From: Microthyrium microscopicum
Taxonomy: Eukaryota
Direction of reading: 5' to 3'
DNA: 64,000 nucleotides
Assembly: GCA_010405405.1 (NCBI GenBank)
Contig: MU004235.1
Span: 882,538 to 946,537, forward strand
Shown here in pieces: positions 54,933-64,000 of this stretch. The position numbers were made by a program, and so were the translations under genes. The notes under the pieces are model-generated. The model saw only the letters and a program-made list of their open reading frames with translations, was not told the DNA's origin and searched no databases. Within the stretch, counting starts at the first letter, position 1, and each line of letters begins with the position of its first letter.

Positions 54933-55931
54933 GAAGATATCTCTAAAAAGATATTAAAGTATTTCTTAATCTTTACTAGTTAGTATTTAATATTTAGCCC
55001 CTCTTCCTTAAATATAAATAGCATTATAGGATTTTTAGTAGTTCTATTAATAGGAAGCTAAAGATAGGTCTAAATTAACGTTATAGAGCCTATTAGATAA
55101 CGTTATTCTCTAGCTTAAGTAGCTTTTTATTAAAGAGCTTCTTTCTAACTATTAGCAAGGGTAGTATATACTTCTAAAGTAGTTTTATTTAGTTATACTT
55201 TATTTCCTTTCTTCTTAATATTATATTTTACTATCTTATAGTAAATAATTAGTAATAGCTTACTATTAATTTAAATAGGCCTATTTAAACTACCCTCTAG
55301 TTATAATAGTAGTACTAGGATCTAAGATTCTATTAACTTATTAAATCTAGGCTATTAAGATCTCTAGCTAGCGTTTACCCTATTATCTATCTTTTCTATA
55401 TAGCTAATTAAAGAGCTAAGAATCATCGTTAAAGAGCTAGGATTTTGGCTTTATATTTAGCTCTTCGTAAGTATCTAGAAGATACAAAGATCTTAAGATA
55501 CTATAAGAGCTATTCCTAGAAGAATAGTATTATTTTAGCTTATTTTACCTATAATTTAGATAGGTATATTTGCTATTATCTTAAGTATTAATATTCTAAT
55601 CTTCTTTCTATAGGTAGAGCGTTAAGTAGCGTTAGGATTAATTTCTACTAATATAAAACATTTATTTAATATAATTATAAAGAATAACGACAATAAGGGT
55701 ATTTACTAATAATTTAATAGGAATATAGCTCTTTTAGGCTTTTAAACGACATAAAGATTAATTAATTATAATATATCCTTAGCGAGGAATTCCTACTCTA
55801 AAATCTATATTTTTAGCCTATCTTTAGATTACTAGGAAATACTATAAAACTAGCATTGCTTTATAGCTACCAATAGTCTAATCATATATAAATCTACATA
55901 CTAACGCACTCCTTAATCCCGTTATACGATC

Positions 55932-56007
55932 CAATCAGATCCTAGATCTGTAGCTGAATCAACAGGCCAGATTTTGCCCTGTATAACCACAGAACGCGCA
56001 GCAGAGG
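55932..56007 (-). repeat. Right terminal inverted repeat of the Tc1-like element
   Basis: Reverse complement of 28804-28880; followed by TA. Confidence 0.95.
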
Positions 56008-56578
56008 TACTTGAAATGCAGGCAAGCAGTGGTAGTGGCAGGTTGCATGGTCCAAAAGTCTCGACTTCCCTTCCTTTCCCTACTAATCCTGTGGAGAAGC
56101 AGTGGCAGAGCAAGAGATGGTCATGCTAATGGTCAAATGGTCTTGATAATTCAGCCTTGAATCAAATAGTTGCATTGGGAACCCCTCTTGAGTCTGCCTT
56201 TCTGCAAGCGCATCAAGACTAGAGCAGCTTTAATGCTTTGAATACTCTGCACGTAAAAGGCAACTCTCGTGGTCCGCATCGTCGTTTATAGCCAATTGGG
56301 AAGTCACTGGGGGTTGGTGATTTCAGGAGAGATGGATTAATATTGAACTGAACTGAAATCTAAAGGGGTCGCGAGATACAGCTGATGGAATAAATAGAGG
56401 CACGGAGTAGAGAAAAGAAGGGATGGCTGCTGCCACTGCGGAGCTGTGCTGGGAGCGTTTGTCCACATGTCGCTTAAGCCTTCCTATTTGGGGTCCAGCG
56501 AACTCAACACCAAAGCGCTCCAGATATTGCTATCGGTCTGTCTAGTCCACAACCATGATCTGATGATTAGTGTCGCCA

Positions 56579-57174
56579 ATGGTTGTCTACTCTTTTCACA
56601 TATTTGATCGCCATGGCAAGTCAACCTCAATAAAATTTGGTTCCAGGTTTGCTAACCATCAATAGCCGAGTGCATCTACTCCAAGCGATGGCATCAAGCT
56701 CCTGGCTTCTCCTCCATGAAATCAGATCGTCCCAGGTCTGGAGAAATCCTTGCTGCCAACGGCGATGCTCCAGCCAACAAAACACTATCTAGAGAAGATG
56801 ATGCCAAGCTCATTTTCGGTGTCGTCTTCTCTCTACGGAATATGGCATCGCGATTAGGCGGAGACGACAATAGGTACCTTTCTACCTCCTTTCTTACAGA
56901 CGATGCCTGACAATTCTTTAGTTTCTTGTGCTATCGCACCAAAGAATACAAACTGCACTATTACGAGACCCTTACACGCATGAAATTCGTCATGATCACC
57001 GATACCAAGACCAATAACCTACAATTGATTCTCCATCAAATATGGGCAACACTATACGTGGAATACGTCGTGAAGAATCCTCTTTCTCCGGCTGAACATG
57101 CCGGGGGTGTGGGTGTAGCTAATGAGCTGTTTGAGTCTGCTTTGGAACGATTTGTAACGACAATGCTGGTGTGA
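56579..57174 (+). CDS. BET5: TRAPP complex subunit Bet5/TRAPPC1 (sybindin family); exons 56579-56615, 56666-56873, 56922-57174
   Basis: MVVYSFHIFDRHAECIYSKRW, DDAKLIFGVVFSLRNM, YRTKEYKLHYYET, LYVEYVVKNPLSP; the first intron is GC-AG. Confidence 0.93.
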
Positions 57175-57567
57175 TGCCTCATGGCGGCGACTTATACCAG
57201 AGACAAACATCGGCTGGGATCAAGGAAACAGCAACGGGCCACAAGTGCTCAGATACGAGTCTACTCGTCTGGAGGGGAAAACAAGGTCATGTCGGCACAA
57301 CATCGCCCACCTGGGAAAGTTTTGGCTGGCGCAGCCACCGCTGACCTCCTCTCCAACCCATGGAGCATGCGGCACTGGGCGTTGAAGAAATAAAGACCTA
57401 GGGCGGAATGGTGACAGGTGGCAGACTGGAAAAACTGTCTTCGCCGGAGCAATACAAAAATGGCATGACATTTCATCAGTTTTTATCTACATCGGTGTAT
57501 CTGCTTTGCCCGTGTGGGGCATTCCATCTAATATTGCTACAGAAAATGACCAGACATCTTTACTCCT

Positions 57568-58328
57568 CTAGCAACCAATCTGCTTATCATCTCCAACGAT
57601 AGCTTCAATGTACCCAGGCGGAGGGTTGTGAAGCAGCACGTGGAAATGCTCAATTGCATGCACGCTCTTCAAGCTTCTCCAGTTCTTGAACCAAATAACC
57701 TATGCATATTGTCAGTAAGTCACTCCGGAAAAAAAGCCCTTCTTGAAAGCGCTAACCTCCCCCGCAGGCATTTCCGGAAACTTGTCGGCAACAAACTCCT
57801 CAATGACCCTGCTTGACCTTGCACTAATACTTCCAGTCACTGGATCATCAGGCAGGCTAGACTTTGTCCACACCACCAGATGCTCTATTCCGTCCGCAAA
57901 ACCATACGGCCAATCATTCACAAGAATTTTCCAATCTTCCGGACTCGACAAGTCTTGTCCTATGGGCGTAAGATCTTTCCAACGAAGTCTGTGTTCCAGT
58001 ATGTACTTCATCGGTGAGCCGTATTTATGCGAGATCTGCTCCACAAAGCCACGATACTGACGCAGCTCCGTGGGTGGTCTTCGAAAGCGGTCGATGCGGT
58101 TCGTCCCTATCGCTGGACGTTAGCATACGCTGAAATTTTAGTGTTGCTGGGAATACTACGAATCAACTCAGTCGCCTCATCCCACGTAATGGGCTCATAG
58201 TCAGCATCCCAGGTACCAATGAGCCTCTTGTCCTTGTCGCTCAGATTCTGGAGGAACGAGGGACATTCTTTGCTGCGCTGATCGGAAGGGATGTTGAAGT
58301 GCCAGTATGGCAGCTCCCCATGTGGCAT
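57568..58328 (-). CDS. Gig1-like (N-acetylglucosamine-induced protein, DUF3605); exons 58328-58160, 58106-57757, 57699-57568
   Basis: TNRIDRFRRPPTELRQY, KILVNDWPYG...IEHLVVWTK, WFKNWRSLKSVHAIEHFHVLL; two GT-AG introns keep the frame. Confidence 0.88.
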
Positions 58329-59176
58329 CTTCTGTGAGTTTCGAAAGCGAGATGCTGCTATCACGATGGAGCAAGAAATTTGGCGAACGAGGTAAAGAAG
58401 TCATATTGCATTTTGCACTCAATACCAGTGCTGAAATCATTGGCTGAAATTGCCTTGTTTCCAGTCACTTGGCGGCTGACTTACTGTTTGTACATCGTGC
58501 CTTCCGGCTGGTAAGGTTCCAGCCTGCACTTTACGACATCTGGAGGCATATGTTTTACGATCGGTCTTACTCAACAATGGCAAACGTGGTTGCTTTTTAA
58601 GCTCGCTGGAAGCTTTCAACAAGATTCTAATGATGCAGTCAGATCGTTATCTTTAGTCGAAGAAGCAGGTAAACTGATGAAACTCCAATATCTGTCTGAC
58701 TGAAGAGGTTGAGGTTTGGGGCTAAATCAGCTCTAGACAGCAAAGTACTTGGTTCGTAGAGACACATAGGTCGACGCCATTACGGGTTGAGAATGAGCTC
58801 CTATCTCCATCAGATGGGAATGCTGAAATGCATTCAGATAAGCTAAAACAATTTCTTTCTTTCTCTGAGAATCATGAGAAGAAAAATAGCAGTCTTTCCA
58901 CTATAAGATATTCTGGTCGTCAATAGGGGCCAACTTAGCTAATCGGATGCTGCACGTGGCTCCAAAGCTCGACCCGCTTCCGCTTTATGTCTAACCTCCC
59001 TGCATTCTTTAATATTGAGAGCTCTTCCTGAGCCGTATACATGAAGTTTTCTCAAACTACATGGCTCAAACCTATATGGTCCACATCAGGATGATATTCT
59101 CAAGCTTCAAGTGCTAAAATTTCGAGCGCATCTACACCCCTCGCCAACGTCGTTGGAAACAGCTTTGTTGATCAGT

Positions 59177-60715
59177 ATGGGCATCAAACGAGTCCCATGT
59201 ATTACGACTGCAGTCGCCTTGGTTTGTTCGCTGTTATTCTTCGGCTTCCTATGGGACACAAGTAGTCGTCTCTCTACGGGTCCCAAGTACGCACCTCCCA
59301 GCACCGAGCTTCCATATGGCCTAGCAACAATTGCAACGAGCTGGACATCGTGGTTCTCACCAGGAGCTTGGACAGGACAAAATATCGCAGCGAAAAACGG
59401 AGGCAAGATTGATTCCACATGGAACATCTTATATCACCTTGGCGGCGTGGGACCATGGATTCAAAAGATTGACGATGTAATCACGAATGATGTTGGTCCT
59501 CCAGATGGATGTACAGTCCAGCAAGTGCATATGCTTTCAAGACATGGCGAAAGATACCCCACAGTGAGCGCGGGCGCCCGGATACTCGATCTCGTTGGAC
59601 GCTTAAACAGCTCGACTCTTTTGCATAAAGGCAGTTTTGGTTTTCTCAGCGATTGGTCGTTCTTTATAGAAGATCCGGAGACCCAGTTCGAACAACTCAC
59701 AAGTACTGGTCCTTACTCTGGTACTTTGGAGACGTTCTCGACTGGAGTCAAGTTCAGAACTCGGTATCCGCATCTCATACCTAAGAATCGTTCCAGGAAA
59801 TTCAAGCTATGGGCTAGCCAGTCGGATCGAGTCATTGCAACAGCGAAATATTTCGCCACTGGCATGTTTGGCCTGCCCCTGGAAGACTATGCTACCGTAG
59901 AAGTCATCCCGGAAACCCTTGAACGTGGCGCCAACACTTTAACACCATCCGACGGCTGTGGACGATATCGTCAAGACGAGGAATTTGGGCACAATTATGC
60001 AGAAAGCAAACTCGCGGAATTCCAGAAGTTCTATCTTATCCCCATCAGAGAGAGGCTTTTGAATGAGCTTGGGGCTCATGTCGATTTGTCAACTGAGAAC
60101 ATCTATTCCATGCACGAGTTGTGCGGCTTTGAGACAACGGCACGAGGCCGGAGTCCTTGGTGTGATGTGTTCACCGAATCAGAATGGCAATCTTTTGAAT
60201 ACGCAAGAGATATGTATCATTCGTATCGGAGTGGCCCCGACAACAAATACAGTCCTGTTCTAGGCATTCCGTGGCTCAACGCTACCTCCAAGCTTCTGGA
60301 AGCTGGACCAGCTACTGGCTCATTTTTCTTCAGCTTTTCGCACGATAGCGATATAATACCGACATATGCAATGCTGGGACTGTTCAATGATGATCAACCA
60401 CTGCCAACTGACCGGATTTTGGAGGATCGAAGGTGGCGAACTTCGCAGGTTGTGCCCATGGGAGGAAGATTGGTGATTGAGAGCCTTGTCTGCCAAAGTG
60501 GTCCTCAAACTGAAAAGAAGCAATATGTTCGCTTGAATGTGAATGATGGTATGGTTGCGATGCCCGGGTGCACTGGAGGACCCGGTAAGAGCTGTCCACT
60601 GAATGAGTTCCTCGAACTTATACGATCCAAACTTTCGAAAGCTGGTGATTTCAAGAAGACTTGTGGTTTGCCGGACGATGCACCCGACCATATCTCATTC
60701 TTACAGCAGGATTAG
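59177..60715 (+). CDS. Histidine acid phosphatase / phytase family protein
   Basis: RHGERYP and SFSHD catalytic motifs; N-terminal hydrophobic anchor; intronless. The first in-frame ATG is at 59177. Confidence 0.93.
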   Translation: MGIKRVPCITTAVALVCSLLFFGFLWDTSSRLSTGPKYAPPSTELPYGLATIATSWTSWFSPGAWTGQNIAAKNGGKIDSTWNILYHLGGVGPWIQKIDDVITNDVGPPDGCTVQQVHMLSRHGERYPTVSAGARILDLVGRLNSSTLLHKGSFGFLSDWSFFIEDPETQFEQLTSTGPYSGTLETFSTGVKFRTRYPHLIPKNRSRKFKLWASQSDRVIATAKYFATGMFGLPLEDYATVEVIPETLERGANTLTPSDGCGRYRQDEEFGHNYAESKLAEFQKFYLIPIRERLLNELGAHVDLSTENIYSMHELCGFETTARGRSPWCDVFTESEWQSFEYARDMYHSYRSGPDNKYSPVLGIPWLNATSKLLEAGPATGSFFFSFSHDSDIIPTYAMLGLFNDDQPLPTDRILEDRRWRTSQVVPMGGRLVIESLVCQSGPQTEKKQYVRLNVNDGMVAMPGCTGGPGKSCPLNEFLELIRSKLSKAGDFKKTCGLPDDAPDHISFLQQD

Positions 60716-61186
60716 TTACATTATACGCTTTTATAGCTCCTCAAAGACTGGGAGCTCTGGGTACTGTTCAATAATGAATTATGAGCGATGTATTAATAGA
60801 AGATTGTCCCAGGTTTTCAAACTAGCTTATGCTGATGCACTGCTATCGTGGATATAATATACCACTATTAGCGCCACTAGGTACTCCTATTTCCAGCCGA
60901 ATTGTGAGAAAAAAGGTATATCAGGGCCTTATTGACAATATAGAGGGCCAAAGTAGAGTATACAGACTCTACGATCCTGGGGGCTATCCCATCAATACTT
61001 TACCCTAGTTGATCGCAATTTGGGAATAGCTACCTGCTGTGTACCCTTATGCGTAAATAGGACTGGTCGCCTCCACGGGAATGTCAACGATTAGATCTAA
61101 ATGAAATGTCAATCCTAAATTTGTCCCTCAGATCTAAGCGACAATCTTGAACTCATTGTGCGTGTAACCACCAAAAGTCATCCACC

Positions 61187-62896
61187 ATGGAGCCACATCT
61201 GCGCATACCGTCCATGGAGAAGAAGAATCGCCTCACTTTGCACGAGGACATACGCGCTCAAGGTGATGTAGCCACAGCAGAGAGACAAGAAGTCATTGAT
61301 GAGCACTCAAAGCGCATTCTACTCAAAATGGACACCAGGTACAAACATTGCGTAGTTTCCTGATTTTTCTTAACTTTTGTAGGATATTACCTGTTCTCAT
61401 GGTCCTTTTTATATGTTCGTTCATTGATCGATCGAATGTCGGTAATGCGAAAATTATCGGGCTCGAAAAGTCTCTTGACATGAGTTCCCATCAATATGCG
61501 GTCGGCCTTTGTGTATTTTATGCCACATACATTGCTAGGTATAATATTCATCTTCCTTTTGCTGAGCCAGTTCTGATACCGCTATAAGCGAGATACCTAG
61601 CAACCTCGTCCTGAAACGAATGACTCCAAAAGTATGGCTTCCACTACTCACTGCCATATGGGGCATGCTCACCATGTGTCTTGGCTTCATCCACAACTTT
61701 GCTTCATTCGTCGCAGTGCGCGCTCTTTTGGGTCTCGCTGAAGGCGGGTTGTTGCCAGGTATGATTTTGTATCTATCTGGTTTCTACAGACGAGGAGAGT
61801 TGGCTTTCCGCATTGGTATCATGTATACTGCCGTGGCGTTATCTGGTGCTTTTGGGGGATTGCTTGCGCGCGCGCTCTCCTCGATTGGGCCACGGGGTGG
61901 GCTGGAAGGCTGGCGGTGGATTTTCATCATTGAGGGATTGGCGACGATTGTATGCGGTGCCGTGGCGACAATGTGTCTGCCGAATGGGATTGAAAGCGCG
62001 AGATTCCTTAATCCGGAGGAGAAGGAGACTGCGCGAGAGCGGTTGTTGGCTGATACGCCTGTTGGAATTGATGGTCAACAAATGCAAGTTCTGATCCTCA
62101 ATTTTCGATATTTACCTGGTTTGCTAACATTATTTTGATTAAGATCGGAGCACGATCAGTCGTTCACTTGGTCTGAAGTCCGTCGCGGTGTATTCAACCT
62201 CCAAGTCTGGCTATCATCCATCGCCTATCTCTGTATCAACATCGGTCTCTACTCCTTCAGTCTCTTCGTACCCACTATCATAAACAATCTAGGCTTCGCC
62301 AAAGATCCCAATGAAGCACAGCTATGGACAGTCATACCTTATGCTGTTGCCTCTGTTGGCATTGTGTTCTTTGCCTTTCTGTCTGATAGACTGCGCGTGC
62401 GAGGAACGCTCATGTTATTCACACTCCCTCTCGCCATCCTAGGCTACGGCGTGATATCTGTGAGCTCAAATGCTCGGATACAATACGGCATGACATTCCT
62501 CATGGGGACGGGTATATATTCGTCAGTTCCGCCGCTGCTCTCTTGGAACAGCAACAATAGCGCTGGCCATTATAAGCGTGCGACAACTAGTGCGCTTCAG
62601 CTTGGGGTAGCCAACTGTGGTGGTTTTGTGGCCAGCTTTTTGTATGAGAAGCGGGAGAGTCCACTATTTCATCGCAGTCACTCGGTTGTGCTTGGATCGC
62701 TATGCGCAGCCTGGGTTTTGTAAGTACTTCTAATCACGATCTCGAATAGAATATTGGTCGATACTGACTGTTGAATAGCATTTTCGGCAACGTGGCCTGG
62801 TGTTGGAAGATCAATCGTGACAAAGCTAGAGGGAAGTATGCCGAGTTTGCAGGATCAGGAGACGATCGAGATCCGAAATTTAGAATGATACTATAA
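61187..62896 (+). CDS. MFS transporter, anion:cation symporter (allantoate/nicotinate permease) family, multi-exon
   Basis: KMDTRILP, FIDRSNVGNAKI, EIPSNLVLK, LEGWRWIFIIEG, NNSAGHYKRAT, GDDRDPKF; four GT-AG introns. Confidence 0.92.
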
Positions 62897-63154
62897 TATA
62901 CATGGTTTTCAGAGGTACTATGATATTATTAGACTTTTAATAGCTCAACAGATGCTGCTCTAATGTTTGTATGTTGAATGCCACGTCTTTTCCATGCTTC
63001 ACAATGCTTTGCGAAATCTATCATGAAGAGTTGAACCACACGTTCGAACAATCTCTATCTCATAGCAATCCTGTCTAAACCTACAACTGATACCAACAAA
63101 GCCCCGTTACTCCGTGACATGCATTACAACGTTGGCGAATACCAAAAAACCCAG

Positions 63155-64000
63155 TTAGCCTGTAGTTGCGTTTGATGAGTTGGTAAATGCGAGTGGTTTG
63201 CCAGTCAGCGCTTCTACAGAGACTGGCGGTGCGTGGAAATGTGCCGGCGATGTCTCGTCCGGCGTGATGGGCTTCATCTGTATCTGCGAGGAAGGTTTAT
63301 GCTCCGGGACGGGTGAGCCGTCTGCAGCGGGTGTGGGTGGTTTGTAGAGGAAGTTAGCGATGGACGATTGTGGGACCGACGACTTAGTCGACTCTATTGA
63401 GCCGTTAGTTGAGCCTAACGCAGTGTTCTTGACAGGCGAATCCACTTCCATAGCACCTGCATCTGTTGGACGGTGCATAGGGCGCGCGGGTGACTGATGG
63501 GGCGTGGGGTTGAGGCGCTCGGGTAGCTTGAGAGTGTTGCGGCTGCCGTAGTGGAGCTTGACAACGAGGCTGGAAGGTTCGGCGTCGTCGTCAGAGGAGA
63601 TGCTCTCTTCTTCTTCGTCGTCGTCAACGGCCTTGTCGTCGAGCTCTTCGTCGCCGTCCCAGTCCTCGCCGGAGGACAGAGCGTCTTCTTCATCGTCCAT
63701 TTCATCGACTTCATTATAGCCGGCAATACGTTCACGACCGGTTGTATACTCACTTAGACCGCTTCGGCCTGCTGCGCGAGTTGGACGTCCACCATTTAGG
63801 CCGCGAGGTTCCTCGGAGCCATCGGAGCGTTCAAAGTTATCGGTGGCAGGGGAGGCGCGACTATTGTCTCCACTATCGCCATACATGTTACCAAACCGCG
63901 GACGAGTCTGCCGACCGCTGGCAGTGGTAGTTGGCTCAGTGGAGAGACCAGTCACAGTTCCGGCGGCGCGGGCAGATCGGCGCGGCTGCTCGGGGTTTTC
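63155..64000 (-). CDS. 3' part of a gene running off the window; acidic, low-complexity C-terminus, possibly a nuclear chromatin-associated protein
   Basis: Open frame from the window edge to the stop at 63155 with a D/E-rich tract. No domain is visible here, so the product is a guess. Confidence 0.7.
   Translation of the reverse strand, partial: ENPEQPRRSARAAGTVTGLSTEPTTTASGRQTRPRFGNMYGDSGDNSRASPATDNFERSDGSEEPRGLNGGRPTRAAGRSGLSEYTTGRERIAGYNEVDEMDDEEDALSSGEDWDGDEELDDKAVDDDEEEESISSDDDAEPSSLVVKLHYGSRNTLKLPERLNPTPHQSPARPMHRPTDAGAMEVDSPVKNTALGSTNGSIESTKSSVPQSSIANFLYKPPTPAADGSPVPEHKPSSQIQMKPITPDETSPAHFHAPPVSVEALTGKPLAFTNSSNATTG

Larger units (their letters stand above)
30144..55752 (-). pseudogene. 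Second gene of the Tc1-like element, in three pieces (55752-54938, 47522-46900, 30441-30144); unknown protein with a Cys/His cluster
   Basis: The frame is continuous across both junctions once the LTR elements and one TSD copy each are removed (..FLEIS|SKII.. and ..PTSSPPPP|VA..). In-frame stops are TAA/TAG of RIP type. The 5' exon structure is uncertain. Confidence 0.75.
28804..56007 (+). mobile_element. Tc1/mariner-superfamily DNA transposon (about 3.3 kb original), expanded to 27.2 kb by nested Gypsy insertions
   Basis: 28804-28859 is the exact reverse complement of 55952-56007; TA on both flanks (28802-28803 and 56008-56009); DD34E transposase just inside the left end. Confidence 0.93.

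Noticed and set aside
30144..55752. Tc1 partner gene as a Fanzor/TnpB RNA-guided nuclease
   Set aside because: No RuvC D-E-D motifs or CxxC...CxxC finger could be read in the de-RIP translation.

Overview
Fungal (filamentous ascomycete) genomic DNA with a two-compartment layout. Two AT-rich blocks (about 1-17570 and 28880-55930) are transposon relics saturated with RIP-type C>T/G>A mutation: TpA is abundant, CpA/TpG are nearly absent, and reading frames are broken by TAA/TAG. Two GC-balanced blocks hold ordinary intron-containing genes: a Hal4/Sat4-type kinase, a secreted Nod19/PHM-like protein, a CaMKK, Bet5, a Gig1/DUF3605 protein, a histidine acid phosphatase, an MFS permease and one partial gene. 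Reversing RIP by eye resolves the second block completely. It is one Tc1/mariner (DD34E) element with about 77-bp TIRs and a TA target duplication, originally about 3.3 kb. It carried a second, convergent gene that was later split by two Gypsy insertions, one of which holds a third Gypsy and an antisense, intron-containing extra gene. The first block contains two nested Gypsy elements and a multi-gene relic of more than 10 kb with an IS3EU-type DDE transposase, a possible Crypton/Ndc10-like tyrosine recombinase and unknown ORFs. All relic protein readings are manual de-RIP reconstructions, not database results.
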